Source of the DNA: Vicugna vicugna
Taxonomy: Eukaryota
Direction: 5' to 3'
Length of the DNA: 64,000 bases
Assembly: GCA_013265495.1 (NCBI GenBank)
Contig: MU058636.1
Location: forward strand, 6,545,741 to 6,609,740
Shown one piece after another: positions 46,916 through 60,480 of this stretch (the first letter of the stretch is position 1; every line of letters begins with the position of its first letter). Position numbers and translations under genes: made by a program. The notes beneath the pieces were generated by a model. That model searched no databases. It was not told the DNA's origin and saw nothing but the letters and a program-made list of their open reading frames with translations.

Positions 46916-48634
46916 TTACATTGGGCTTCTTAGTACCTTGTCTCTAAAAATGGGAATAAGAATGTCAGGAAAGTATTTATATGTATCACCATGATGAATG
47001 TTACTTCTGGTACATTCTGTGGTCCTTCCCCCAGATACGGACAATTTAGGGAACAGACCCAGAATTTTGAAGTCTTCTGCAAAGGAAAACGTATTACGCA
47101 TCATTTAAAGGAAAGCTGGTCTCAGTAGAAAACAGATATTCATGGACCATGATAAGCAGAATGGTTTTCATCACGGCATTGCCATTTCTATAGAAAATAA
47201 GAGTACAAGACTATAAAGAGAATATAAAAGAATAATTTTTTAAAACTATGGATTTTTCTGATCCTTATATTCTGTGTGAATTGCATTTTTAAAGGATCTG
47301 TAAGTGTTATTGCTAGCAGAGAGATTTCCAAGTTTTCCTAGTTTGATGTGAGAAGAAATTTCAGGCTTTGAGAAGATAGTAATGAAGAAGAAACTGGCAC
47401 CAAAAAGGGTGGGTGGAGCCAAGACAGATTTTGCAGACTGACGAAAGTGTGATTTTGGCAAAATGGATGGAAATTTTCATCTCTACATATGCTCGAACTA
47501 GCTGTTGGGCTGGTGAAATATTGAATTATAAGTGTATAATTTTTACTGCTGATGCACTAACCTGCCTAGGAAGTTCTCAAGATACAGCTTTGGGATAAGC
47601 ATCCTAAAGTGCGAGTTTCTCCAACTACAGATAACTTCTGCCTGTGTGTAATTCCGATAATTCACATAGGTCTTACTTCCAGAAGTCTATGGAAATTTTT
47701 GGTATATGAATTATTAAAATTAATATTTAAACCCATAAAAAGTCAGTGGTGCACTAGACAGGACAATAAGAGTATATATCCTTGTAATACTTAGAACCAG
47801 AGCTGTGAGAGAACTTCCTGAGCCACTATTTCTGGGCTATTATAATTTGCCACATGTTGAACTAGAAAAAAGTTGTCTTTACCTAACCAAAATTTAATCT
47901 TCTTTAATCTTTATCCAGTTTTCCAAGTACTTTGTAAGTAGTTTTTCAATGTGAACAAAATTTCTAAAAGCGGGACAGAATAGAGCTACATTAGGATTTA
48001 TTTTCTGAAGTAGATGATTCAAGAGTGCTAAGAAAGTAAGGCACACAGACAAAAAATAGACTTAAGTGACTTTTTTTGGTAGCCTAACAATTAGTTTTAA
48101 ATCTGGAGATTTGTGGAGGAAATGATAATACTTTACAAACAAAAAAACTTGTATCAGCAAAAATTCTGTTGGCTTGGGATGTTGAGAGAGTTCACCCTGT
48201 CCGAGTAAGCAGTGAACATTCCGTGAAATATTTTATTTTCCATTTAGTTAAGTTACTTTAGATTTAGTTTCTATCACAATTGAATCACTATAAGTCAAAC
48301 TGGATAATTATACCATTTAACCTGTAGAAGAGCCAACAGCTGAAATGCAAAATAATAACCTGGTCAATGCTTCATAACTTTGCTGCATGTCAGATTCAGC
48401 TGAGTATTTCAAAAATACGCCATATCCACTTCTCACACAGGTCATAGCCCAGTATTAGTAGTTTTAACAACTCTACCCAGTTGATTTTAATGTGTAGACA
48501 GGATTAAAAACTGCTGCTTTTGCTACAGCCATTTTTTAGAGAGGAAGGAGCCCTTCAAAGGGTTATGTCCATCCCCGTTCCCTGAATATGGAGAGTGGTC
48601 AGTAAGTGTTAGATCCTTAACCATTTCAATCCAT

Positions 48635-48890
48635 CAGGGGTTGGCAAACCTTTTCTGTAACAGGTCAGATACTAAGTATCTCAGGTTTTGCAGGCCATTA
48701 GGTCTCTGTTGCACCTACTCAACTCTGCTGGTCTCACTGCAACTACTGCATCCTGTCATTGTGATGCATTGTGGTGTCATCATGAAGCAAAAGCATCCAC
48801 AGACCAGATGGTTGTGTTTCAGTAAAACTTTATTTATAAAAACAAGTGGCAGATTGAATCTGGCCTGCTGACCATAGTTGACTAACCCTG
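48635..48890 (+). mobile_element. MER58 (hAT-Charlie MITE)
   Basis: TIRs CAGGGGTTGGCAAAC...GTTGACTAACCCTG, plus CTACTCAACTCTGC and AAAACTTTATTTATAAAAACA. Confidence 0.9.
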
Positions 48891-49844
48891 CAGTACCTCA
48901 TCTCTCAATTCAACTCCTACAGTCATTCACAATTTTATCACTGTAGCTTTATTTTACAGTTTAAAAATGTTATTTACTGCAAAAATATTGCCATGGATTA
49001 AATGACTAAGTAAACATTATACATGATTATTTAAGAAATTGCATAAATGAGAATAACCAAAATAATAGCTTCTGCACTTTGGATGAGATTACTATCTCTA
49101 ATGATGTCTGTTATTAGTGAATTTTATTAAGCTTTATCTAGGCTAGCTAATGTAACTTTATAAACTATGCCTACTGGGTACAAAGTGATTAAACAAATTC
49201 CCTAGTGCTACCACTATTAGAGGAAAGGAGCTGTTTAATTGTTTTCAGAGAAAGCACCATGGTCAGTGGTAGCGATAGAAAAGACAATAGTAGGTATACA
49301 CAGGGCCCATTTCCTCTACAGGAAAGACATTGCCAATCAGTTATAACTAAGCCTGGATGTGGCCTTGCAATATTTCTCAATATTGCTCCAGGCAGTCACC
49401 ACAAATCAGAGTTAGCAGACAAGATGAAATCTATGTGATGTTCTTAGCACAAGAAGAGATGTTTTTCCAGCTCAGACAACAAGCAGGAAATTATTCTTCT
49501 CTCCAAGGGTATAAATGCCCTTCCCATCACTGTACTAAAGAGTGTGCTAATCTTGCTGAGAGAACGCAGCGCCGTGTGTTCCGGTTAGAGGGGCAGAGAA
49601 CTTCAGCAATCCATACCCCATCCAAAGCAGGTAGTGAGCAGATTCCCATAGAAATCCATTAATTAAGAATTCTGTAATTAAAGCTTTGTAATTTGAGTTC
49701 ATGTAAAAGGAAACAGTAAAATTTTTCTACAATATACAAAAAATAAAGCCTGAAGCAGAGAGTTGGGGGCAGTTGGTATGAGACTAGAGAAATTCGGGGT
49801 ACACGAAAGGCGATACACACTGGACCAGAACTTTTTGCTTAGTT

Positions 49845-50135
49845 ACACTGCCATGACTGGGAGTTGGCCTTGGCTATCACCTGGGCAGCCTTGGTTCTCC
49901 TCCACATGGCTTCTCATCCTCCAGCATACTAGACCAGTTTCTTTACATGGTGGTCTTAGGGAACATTCCAAGAGAGCAAAGACAAATGCTGCAAGGTGTT
50001 GGAGTCCTAAGATCCAGAACTTGCATAACATTGTTTTCCACAAATCAAAGCAAGATTCAAGAGACAGGAAAAAAGACTCCACCTCTTAAAGGGTAGCTCT
50101 ACAAAATATTGGGCCTATATTTTCCAATCTGCCAT
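49845..50135 (-). mobile_element. MLT1 LTR fragment
   Basis: CTTGGTTCTCCTCCACATGGCTTCTCATCCTCCAGCA...GCTGCAAGG...AGACTCCACCTCTT. Confidence 0.75.
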
Positions 50136-50639
50136 TCATGGTGGACCTGCAGTTTTTTTTTTTTTAATACATTCTTTTGTTTCTTCTCACAATCCTGAGT
50201 TAAGCTCTTCCAATTTTCATGTATGGAGAGCAGGACCAGATGGCCTCTGACACCATCTGATGCCCTGAGTGGCCAAAATGGATGAGGTTGATCTAATAAA
50301 ATTCTGTCACAACAACACTTATTTCCATCTATTAATGCTATGTCTTATACATTTACCCTCCTTTAATATTTCATTTTGTAAAATCCTGTATTAAAAAGAA
50401 GAAATGATTTCAAATATCATTTAGTTCCATGGTAATCAGGATTTCCAATTCAGAAAAAAATGTAACTCTTATGACATTAAAACAATAGATTGAGGACCAC
50501 GGGGAAAAATTATATTCTTCTACAACTCTGCTCCCTTTGTTTTGAACAGTGCAATGTAGTCCTTTTTGGTCATTAAAGATTTACTGTCTAGCTATAATAA
50601 AGGAGAAGCAGAGGTAGGCAAGTAGTGTGACCGATTCCC

Positions 50640-50770
50640 TGACGTCTTGGGTGAGAAACAGAAACAGGGAGACTAAGGGTCTTGCTCAAGGTCACAGAGG
50701 TAGCTGATGGCAAAAATGAAGCCAGAGACAATACCCACTCCCAAAACAGTGTTTTTCATACTGCTCCATT
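50640..50770 (-). mobile_element. MIR
   Basis: GTGAGAAACAGA...CTTGCTCAAGGTCACAGAGGTAG. Confidence 0.7.
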
Positions 50771-50833
50771 AGAACAGTTACTTGAATTCAGGACAAGTCT
50801 TTATATTTATAGGCTTTGCTGCTTTGGCAAGAC

Positions 50834-51052
50834 CAGGGATCAGCAAATTTCTTCTGTAAAAGGCCAGATAATAATTATTTTAGTCTTTTCAGTCCATAAC
50901 GCCTCTTGTCACAACTACTCAACTCTGCCATTGTAGCACAAAAGCAAACAATACATTAAAAAATGAATATTCCTGTATTCCAATAACACTTTATTTATAA
51001 AAACAGGCAGCAGGCCAAGTTTGGCCCATGGGTCATAGCTTGCCACCTCCTG
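50834..51052 (+). mobile_element. MER58A (hAT-Charlie MITE)
   Basis: CAGGGATCAGCAAAT...CAACTACTCAACTCTGCCATTGTAGCACAAAAGCA...CATAGCTTGCCACCTCCTG. Confidence 0.9.
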
Positions 51053-51169
51053 TGCTTGATTTAAAGTTAAAACTGAGGACTCTCATTCTTCACCCCTTCT
51101 TGCATCCATATCCTTGCCATATCTTCATTATCGGTACAGTTTGTAACACCTTTATTTTGAGCTTGAATG

Positions 51170-51621
51170 TGTACAGCGGGTTGAATTGTGTTCCCTCCTC
51201 GTACAAAAAAATTCATATGTCCAAGTCCTAATGCTCAGTATCTCAGAGTTCATTTGAAGATAGGGTCTTTAAAGAGTTAATCCAATTAAAAGGAGGTCAT
51301 GAGGATGGGCCCTAATCCAACATAATTATATATATACACATACACACACACAGACACAGACACACACACACACATATATATATAGATGAAATTTGAAGAC
51401 AGACACACATAGAGGGAGAACACTATGTGAGCATGAAGATAATCATCTACAAGCCAAGGACAGAAGCCTAGAACAGATGCCTCCCTCACAGCCTTCAGAA
51501 GGAATCAATCCCGCCAATACCTTGATTTTGGACTTCAGCCTCCAGAACAATGAAACAATAAGTTCCATTGTTTTAAGCTACCTAGTCTATGATAATTTGC
51601 TACAGCAGCAAACTAACATAC
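51170..51621 (+). mobile_element. MLT1B/C-like MaLR solo LTR with an internal TA/CA microsatellite, nested in an older MLT1 that continues to about 51920
   Basis: GGGTTGAATTGTGTTCCC, ATAGGGTCTTTAAAGAG, GGGCCCTAATCCAA, CCTTGATTTTGGACTTCAGCCTCCAGAAC and AACTAACATAC. Confidence 0.88.
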
Positions 51622-52247
51622 CTGTAACTTGCTTTACCCAACAGACCACGGCTGGAAATAGCTGTGTGCCAATCCCTAGCCTAGGGCTTAAGAAATTTCA
51701 CTTTTTCATTTGCCCTTTATACCTCTTACATTGATATGAGAGGAACATTCTCTAAAGCATTCTTGTCAGCCCAAAGAGCCTGAAAGACACGTGAAGCAGA
51801 TCCACATCAGCCAAGTCCAGTCTCTAGCTGACCTGCAGATACAAGCAATGCTAAGTTTTTTTCTGTTAAGCCACTGATTTTTTAGGATGGATTGTTATAC
51901 AGCAATAGTTAATTGATGCAAAGTTTAAGTTTAACATTAGGTAAATTTCCCAAATAGGGCTATTAGCATCTAATACAGAACTATGACATTCTTTTCTCTT
52001 GCATGTCCTTTGTCACTGAAAATTTAAGTCAACTCCTGAAAACACTGTTCACCACTTCTACTGCCACACCCATTTCTTTTTCCCTCTAGTGAAAATAGTA
52101 ATGAATGAGCACTTGAACGGGTTAAGAATCAACTCGCCTATTTTCTGTTAACTCAAGTCAGCAAGAATGCTATGTAGTTGCACTTCTTACTTGCAGTTGC
52201 AAAAATTTGCACTGCTTTCAGCTGCCTAACTTTATTAGCCATGCTAT

Positions 52248-52355
52248 TTCTTTTTTTTTCCCCCAGCTTTATTGACAGATAATTGAAAAATACAAATTTA
52301 TATATTTAAGGTATACAATATAATGATTTCATAAAGTCTATTTTGTAAGGGATGT
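52248..52355 (-). mobile_element. L1MA-type 3' terminus
   Basis: Poly-T, then CAGCTTTATTGACAGATAATTGA...ATATTTAAGGTATACAATATAATGATTT. Confidence 0.75.
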
Positions 52356-52546
52356 ATCTCCAAAAAAATTTCGTTGTTGCTATTGTTAACTAAATAATGC
52401 AATCCATTTAAAATATACAGAATTATACAATATTTTTTGAACAGATACAGTAGATTCTTAACCTCTTTGGTGCTCTCAGTCTTCAGAAAGTTGCTTAATC
52501 TTTTGGTCTTCATTTTTGATCAGTAGAATGAAATTAGACTAGTCGG

Positions 52547-53009
52547 TGTATAAATTTTCTAAGGTTGCTATAACATAGTACCACAAATGGAGTGGCTTAT
52601 AAAACAACAAAAATCTGCTATCTCACAGTACTGAGGGATAAAAGTGCAAAATCAAGGTTGTCAGCAGGGCCATGCTCCCTCTGAAACGTATAGACCCGAA
52701 TACTTCCTTGCCTCCTCTGGCCTCCAGGTGTTTGCCAGCAGCCCTTGGTGTTCCTTGTGCTATAGTTGCTTCTGTCTCTGTCTCTGTTTTCACATGGCTG
52801 TCTTCTCCCCATGTGTCTTCCTCCTTTTACAAGGACACCATTCAGATTGGATTAAGGGCCCACTACATACTGCCCACTCAATTATGACTTCATCTTGACT
52901 TAACTAATTATAACTGCAACAACCTTACTTCCAAAAAAGCTCACTTTCTGAGATCCTGAATGTTCAGGCTTCAATATGTTTTTGAGAGGCACAATTAAAT
53001 CCCCAACAA
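52547..53009 (-). mobile_element. MLT1C-like MaLR solo LTR
   Basis: GGTTGCTATAACATAGTACCACAAA, ATCAAGGTTGTCAGCAGGGCCATGCTCCCTCTGAA, AAGGACACCA..GGATTAAGGGCCCAC and CACAATTAAATCCCCAACA. Confidence 0.9.
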
Positions 53010-53487
53010 TGGGTTTTCAGTTTTGTTTTGCATTTTTAAACCCAAGTGGCTTTTCTTCAGATGAACTTTTACCCAGAAGTATAAATCAGAAAAATAGTTT
53101 AAAACACAGCTGCTGGCTGAAGGAACAGCAGGCACTCAGAAGCCTGCCCATTCACCCACCAAGTCCCCTTTTCAGACCCACATCTCCAATGGTGCCTCAG
53201 AAACCTTGAATCATAGTCTTTAAAATCACTGGTCTATGTGAACTCTAGCTCTGAATGATTTTTCTTACAAATATAAAATATTCCAAAAGATTATATTTTC
53301 TCTCCATTATTGTGTTGAATAACCCTTTCTATACGAAAATCAAATTTTATGCCCCTCAAAATAGTTACTGTGTAAGTGATTAAAATGACTTAATTAATTT
53401 TAAAGTTACTCTAAGAAACTACACTATTTTAGGTGAACAATTTTATTTCATCTCATTTCTGCATATCACTGTTAGATTTATTTTAAC

Positions 53488-54087
53488 TGTGCAGTAAAGA
53501 GTTAACTTAGCAGGCTTGGGTATTCAAACCCAATACCTTCCAAAGAAATGAATGGCCCTTGACCAGCTCCTGGGAGATAACCTCTAAGCCTCTGAAATGT
53601 CCTATCTGATAAGAATGCCTGCATACCTGGAGCTTTGGGACTTGCCAGATAGTTGATGCTAACAATGTGATTTATGGTGGGGGCCTTGGGCCATGCTGAA
53701 TCAGTATGACCTCTGGGGGAGCTGGAGACTGAATAAGAAAGGTCAGTCACATGGGCACTCCATGCCTATGTGACAACACCCAACTAGAAACCCTAGACAT
53801 CAAGGTTTGAATGAGCTTCCCTGGTTGACCATACCCTGTGTGTACTGCCACATGTCATTGCTGGGAGAATTAAGCACTGTTCATACGACTCCAGTGGGAA
53901 AGGACAACTGGAAGCTGATTCCTGGTCTCTTCTCTCCACTCTGTGAGCCTTTTGCCTTTGCTGATTTTAATCTGTATTCTTTGGCTGTAATAAACCATCA
54001 TTGTGAGTGTAACAACTTTTCTGAGTTCTGTGAGCCCTTCTAGCAAATCACTGAAACTGAGGGTGGTCTTGGGACCACCCAAACACA
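53488..54087 (+). mobile_element. Full-length MER21/MER68/MER77-type solo LTR
   Basis: TG...CA termini, TGTGCAGTAAAGAGTTAAC, GCTAACAATGTGATTTATGGTGG, an AATAAA poly(A) signal near 53989 and GAGGGTGGTCTTGGGACC. Confidence 0.85.
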
Positions 54088-54344
54088 TATTTGTGCTAAT
54101 ACACCTGAATGGAAAATGTAAGATGTGATAGAACTCCTCCATCGAATTATCAGTGTATAATCATTATATTCTGCTCTGCCATACATTACATTCATTTAGG
54201 TGTGATATGTATACGATCAAGTCATTGAAACAGGTGACAGCCTGTCAGAACCCCCATTGTGATAAAAGGATACCAGCATTACCACTGGTTCATCCAGTCT
54301 TTACAGGGCATGGATCTGACCTTAACTAGTCCCACAGAAAACTT

Positions 54345-54540
54345 GCCATTCAGGCTCTTGCAAGACCAAGGTTCACAATGCCAGCTGAACCATTTGCTAG
54401 TTATGAGACTCTGAGCAAATTCTGTAAACTCTCTGAACCTTAGTTTCTTGCATGTGAACAGAAAATCAATAAATATCACATAGCATTACTGTGAAGTTTA
54501 TCAGTGATAATGTATGTGTGATTGAACAAAAATTAATAAC
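54345..54540 (+). mobile_element. MIR
   Basis: AACTCTCTGAACCTTAGTTTCTTGCATGTGAA...TACTGTGAAGTTTA..TGATAATGTATGTG. Confidence 0.7.
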
Positions 54541-56019
54541 AGAGGATGGTTCTTAACCACTAACTTTGCTAAAGAGGATTCCTGTCTTTCTATCTCATCT
54601 ACTCTCCTTTCCTTTTCTTTCCTTCCAAGGAGGATTCTGCCTTTGTTAGGTTCCTTATTTGGAATTTGATGGGACAGAGTCAGAAAAGAGGAAAAGATAG
54701 AAAGAGGAGTGGTACATAGGCAAAAGCTGGTAAGCAAGTTTTTCAGGAAGACTTTGATTGAGATGGGTGTGATAGTAGGGTGAGAAAGCAGATGGGAGAT
54801 AAAGAGGAATTTTAAGAAGTGTTGAATCCTCTTCATAATATTTGGGGATCACAAGTATAGGCCTGAGTAACCCCCAGCTAGTTTGCTGTCCAATTTCCAT
54901 CAAAACCCTCACTGAGAGAGATGATAAAGAATGATGCTTGAAGAATAGTCTATTTTCCTGTAGAGTAGGCCAGATCAGATCATAGAAAACTTCATATGCT
55001 TGTATTTGTCTTGTTTCCCAGAAATTCTTCCACTGATTTCCACTTGAGCTCTCTGTCCTTACCTTATTTTGAGGGAATTATAGACTTGAAAATGTATTAT
55101 ACTTGGTGACAATTTTTCAGTGTGATGTCATACTCAGAAATGTCACTCAGAATCTAATGCCAGAAAAAGTTATTTTTTCAAGATCTAATATGTGTCTTCC
55201 ATATATGAATAAGCATATAAGTTTGGCTATCATGAAGGTCAGAGTCAAATTTGTAGTCCAACTTTTGTAATGATCTAAACCCTTTCATCTATTTGCATTA
55301 GAACTGCCTTCTTCATCCATTCATGATGAACAAATCAGGTCATTAGGAGTGGAGGAGGATTATACCACCAGACAAGGAGGTTAACAGACTTCCTTTATGT
55401 GAGTTCGGGAGAGGGTATCAGTAGGAGTAGCCTTAAAACAAGCAAAAATAAATCAACACAAATTTAGGAGCTCCAGGGAGCCAACAAGAATAGGGTATTT
55501 TGATAGAGCTTTAAGAGTCAAGGTTAAATGAAAAAAGCTTCTTATAAAACTTGACCTAGCTTAAAAGATCTGAGTAATAAAAATAAGTATAGTATTTTGG
55601 TTTCAGGATCTATGCAAAGAATTCAATTCACGATCAGTGGCTGCAAAGTGTAGTTTTGATTTTTAAATACCAGGAGATTGAACCTTGGAGCCCTACCAGA
55701 AAAGACTCAGTGTGTCTAAGGATTGAGAGACGTTTAAGCCGCGGGGGTTGAAAAAATTTGCAACTGAACATCCAGATGTTCAGTACTGTGCCACACAGAG
55801 TACCCATAATTTATTTCTGTGATTATAATATCAACCCTAGACCTTGACTTAAGAGAATAATATTCTTGAACCATCATTGACTCCTGAAGCCAATACAACA
55901 AGCCGTCTTTCTAAGAGTTTTTCTATTGGTCTCATGGACAAAATCCAGTATGTGCAAGTCAGTTCTCCTTAACACAGTCATGTTTATTTACGTTTAGTCA
56001 AACAACCTAAGGACAAGAT

Positions 56020-56170
56020 ACACAGAATCACACCCAAGAAGAACCTTAGAAATCATCTAGCCCTCATTTTGTAAGTTTAAAACTAAAATTCACAGAGGAA
56101 GGACTCAAATGGCTCAGCTATGAACGGCAAAGAGCTGAGGGCTTTGGATTCCAGTGAATGCTCCCTGTTG
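56020..56170 (-). mobile_element. MIR fragment
   Basis: ACAGAATCA...GAACCTTAGAAATCATCTAGCCCTCATTTT. Confidence 0.6.
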
Positions 56171-58079
56171 TGTGAGAAGAGCTTCAGTCCACTCTGCCCA
56201 AAACATGACCAATGCAAGCTATACAAATGCATTTAAAGCTGTTTCTGGTGCAAAAACAAAGACTCACATCTCTAGCATCCCTCATCCCATACAACAGTTC
56301 ACATTTGCCTTTTTTTCCTGTAAATTGTTTCAACTTTAACTTTTTTAGTTTTAAAATTCCACTATAATTTGCATATTCTATAAAATTCCCAGGAGACTTT
56401 ATCGAGCATATGTGTCGCCAGTATAGACAAATTTCATCTTATGACTTGTTACTACATGTCTTTCTTTATGAATCTCCTCTGTGTTTTTTATGACTCAAGA
56501 TTTCCCTTTAAATCTCTTTGGACCAATATTTCTATGTTTTCACTAAGGTTTGGTTAGCACTTTTAATTCCAAAAATATAATCTGTAAGTCTGAATCTTTT
56601 CTTCAGCAGGATAAGCATGCTTTGTAGTACTTTGGCAACTTACTTTTACCCCCTCAGCTCCTATGATTCCAGGATATTTGCAGAAAATTGTATTTGTTTT
56701 AATTTTCATTCCATAAGTATCTCTTCTAACCATGGAGCATCCAAGTTCAAGGACAGATACAAAACAGAATCAAAATTTGTATTAAAGTATAGCAGATGCA
56801 TTTTTAGGATCATTACAAATCCTTGTTTTGCCTAGAAATTTTGCGTGCCATTTAAAACTTTAATAACACAGTATCTATATTATTTTAAGAACATACTATG
56901 TTTCCTATTGTAAAGTGGCCTTTTTTTATTTTTTAAAAAATAGTACTTTTGCTGTACTCTGTGTAACTGACACAGAAATAATTCACAAAAGATGATAAAT
57001 CTCTTCTGCAATGAGGAGTTAGTCAAAACAGGCATCTAATTCTCTCAAACTATGGGAGACCTTTTGTAAGAATTAAGCTCACAAAGTCTTAGATGAATTC
57101 AAATCTGGAAACTGTCAGTAGATAGAGTCAAAGGAATGAGTAGGAATTCCTCCGAATGGCTCTTGTATCTTTCACTTACTACATCCTCTCCATGAGATTT
57201 GGTATCATAAGTGAAGCTGATAGATTCCATTTTGTTTTTCCAATCCCCCTCTCTCCAAATTTGTCACCATGTAGAATTCACCGAAAGCTAAAATTTGGGT
57301 TATTGCCTTATCACTAAAGAGTTTCTAAATCTGCCACCACCTATGAAATCCTTTCACTTGCAGGTTCTCCTAGAAAAAATCAAGTTCATGATTAGGATGA
57401 ATTCCAAGGGTGTGATTTTAAACCATCTCCAGAGTTTTTCCTGGAGCATTTCAGGGACATTTGCCTCAAGGAAACATGTTCTGAAGTCAAGCCAGTGTGG
57501 CCACAGCCCAAACAGTACTGGAGTTATTTTTGTGCCCTGTGATATCTTCCATCCCAATTCTTTGTCCTCCTTTCCCATAGTATCACTTTCAGGATTACAC
57601 CTCACAAATAAAGAAAGCAATAGGGAAGTGCCAAGGGAAAGTAAATGTTACTAGAGTGGAATTTTAAATGTAGTTAAAGGAAAAAAAATAAATAAAATAA
57701 AATGTAGTTAAAGGGTTGTTTACTTATTTTTCTAATAAGAAAGTATCTCTTTCTCTATGTGAGAGTATATGTATATACATTCACACATATATGTGTATAT
57801 ACATGTGTGCAGACATATACATACACAAATGAATAAAGACCTACACACATATGAATTTAAAACCTGTATGTAATTAAACCACATTTTTATGTTGCTTCTG
57901 AATACTACTGATCTACATACATACAAGCTCTTAAAATCATGAATCTTATTTTACTAATTTAATTATATCTTAAAACTGTTTATTTGCATGTTAATAGTTA
58001 CAAAAGTGTGTACTTTTAATGGTCACTTACTGCTTATTTTTTCTTGTGTGAAAACTACATATTCTTCATCTTTCTTTTT

Positions 58080-59140
58080 CTGGCTTCATGCCCGTCACAA
58101 ACACAACTCACTTCCTTCAACATTTTCTTTCGCTTCACACTGTGATTTTCAAACTGCAGGAGAGAATGCTTCATGAATATTTTGAAAAATCTTCTGCTCT
58201 AAACTTTCCCTCTCCTCCCGTTTTGAGTTTCTGTGTTTTCCTACACAAAAGAAGTATGCCATTATTCTTTGGAAAATTAAGATTCTAAAATCTTTTTCCC
58301 TCTCTTGACAATTTGTCACCTGGACTCTGAGTATTCATGACCTTGCACATAAAATTGGCAGAGAAGTATTTTTGAGTAACAAGCTTATATCAGTTACCTG
58401 AGCCACATTCTAAGTTTCTGCTAGTCCTAATATTTATTTTTCTAAATTTCAGGTAACATAGCCAAATACATTCTTCCTGTCTTTGATGATATCTTCCAGA
58501 GGTTCAGATACTCTTTTGATGTGATATTCTTCCAGTTCAAGAAAAAGTTTCATTATTCCTCAAATGAAACTTTCTACATCATTGAATTTTTACATTTCCT
58601 CAACTACCTATAGTATTTGTATACAAATTTCCTTGACCTGTTTTCTAGGCCTGACATTCCCCCGTGTGCTGCTGTAATTAGTTTGTAAGTTTTATCCATG
58701 ATAGGAGATGTTTAGCTTGTTCTCCATTGCTTTACTATGCTCTTCACAGCCTCCAGAAATACATTTGGTTCATCTGTAGTATTAACTGGTTCAGACTCGT
58801 CTTTCATTGTCATAGCTAATCTTTTTCTGCAGTCCTTGTTTTCTCCTTTATTACTTCTCAAGAATAGGGAGTGATTTACAGGTGCAGGTCAGTCTTCAGT
58901 AACTATTTCAGGCATCACAGATTTCTTCTCCAGATTGCTGGGTCTGTTTTCCTCTTTGATGTTGCAATATCAGTTCACTGGGCATGGAGTTTTGAATAGG
59001 CCTCATTGATTTTAGAACTTAAATTATTGGATTCTGTTATTTTCCTATTGTAGCAAACACTTTTTTTTTTTTACTGTATGGAAATAAGGGATAATCTGAT
59101 GCTGTGGTATTCATATCCCCCACTGCACCATCTTTTTAGA
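58080..59140 (-). mobile_element. Highly diverged HAL1/L1ME-like segment
   Basis: T-rich tract with GAAAAGTTTTCATT and CCTATAGTATTTGTATAC...CCTTGACCTG, similar in character to 19150-22050. Confidence 0.4.
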
Positions 59141-60124
59141 ATGCCATAGACTTGTACCACCGAATACAGTAATTTTTTCTGTAGTCATCCTTGATTTTTT
59201 TCTTGTTAACCTCTTCTGATGATCACTGCACAGTTTATTAAAATAGATGGACAAATCATTTTCAAAGTATTTTTCAGTCCTCCAACAGACTTTGCCAGGT
59301 GCTTAAGGTTTGGATACTAAATGATAACGACCTGTAATATAAAATAATTCACATTCATAGATTTCTCCAAGTCAGATTAACAAGTAAATTTAGAGAAACT
59401 CTTTCCAACCTAGCAACTTTTCTTCGAGCACAGTACAGCTGCCACCCCTTCCTTGCCTTGGTGCTGGGACCTGTAGTTACTGAAGTTAAGCAGATTCTTG
59501 AACAAGTTAGTTAAGCCATTAACCGGACCAAGATGCATCTTCAAGCTCCAGCTCCTTGGCCATGTAAGCTGAGGCTTAAAATGTCTTTCATTTTGTCATT
59601 GATTGGCTTTCCTCCCTGTTAAAACTATAGACAACAGTTGGAGTAACTATAAAATATAGACCTTGTTCCAGAGATTAAAATGAGCCACTTGCATGTTTTG
59701 ATTTATTTTATAATGTTTTATGTTGCCTTCCACAAAAAGACCACCTGTCTCTTTCTCCTTTCACAAAGAAAGTGAAAATTCTGCCTCGAACCATTGTGCC
59801 CTTTCATTCTCTTCCCCAAAGCAAAGTACTTTGATCCACATCTCTACTCCAAGATGCCATTTCTTTACATTCCTATGACTTAAAGATGTCTATCTCCACA
59901 GTAAAAAAACAGTTTGCCTTGAAGCTGTATTGGAGTTTCCATCTTCCACCTAATAAAAACTTCTTGCAGTTTTTAGATAATGAAATTTGAGACATTGGGG
60001 AAATGACACTCTGTCGTCCCTGACCCAGTTTTCTTTGAAATTTGTGGGATCTGGGAAACCTGATACAACTTCTTACAGTCTGTGAGACTTGGTTCTATGT
60101 ATTACTGCATCCAAGCAGTTTTCA

Positions 60125-60480
60125 CGTCATTCAACAAATATTTGTTGAATGCTTATTGTGGACCCGGCTCTATCTGCGATGCATCAGTGAATAAGGAAAA
60201 CAAAAATTTCTCTATTTATCCAACTGGTGGAAGGAATACTCACCTTAAATGAAATAAAGAAGCTAAGTCTTTCTGTCTCTGTCTCTGTCTCTGTCTCTGT
60301 CTCTCACTCTCTATATATAATATATATTAGATAGTTACAAGCACCAGGAAGAAAAATTAAGGAGGAAAGGGAGGTGGGGAGGTCAGCATGATGCGACAAT
60401 AGCTTTGAGACACCATGCAAAGCCCTGAAGGAAGGAGTTGCAGGCACAGAGAGCAACCAGTACAAGCCTTGAAGAACCCA
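60125..60480 (-). mobile_element. L2 3' fragment containing a (CTGTCT)5 repeat
   Basis: TCATTCAACAAATATTTGTTGAATGCTTATTG...GATGCATCAGTGAATAAG...TGCAGGCACAGAGAGCAACCAGTACAA. Confidence 0.75.

Noticed and set aside
46990..47075. C/D snoRNA (ATGATGA box C)
   Set aside because: No CTGA box D at a suitable distance and no terminal stem.
49585..49600. CTCF-like motif CGGTTAGAGGGGCAG
   Set aside because: Spacing and the 5' half do not fit the core consensus.
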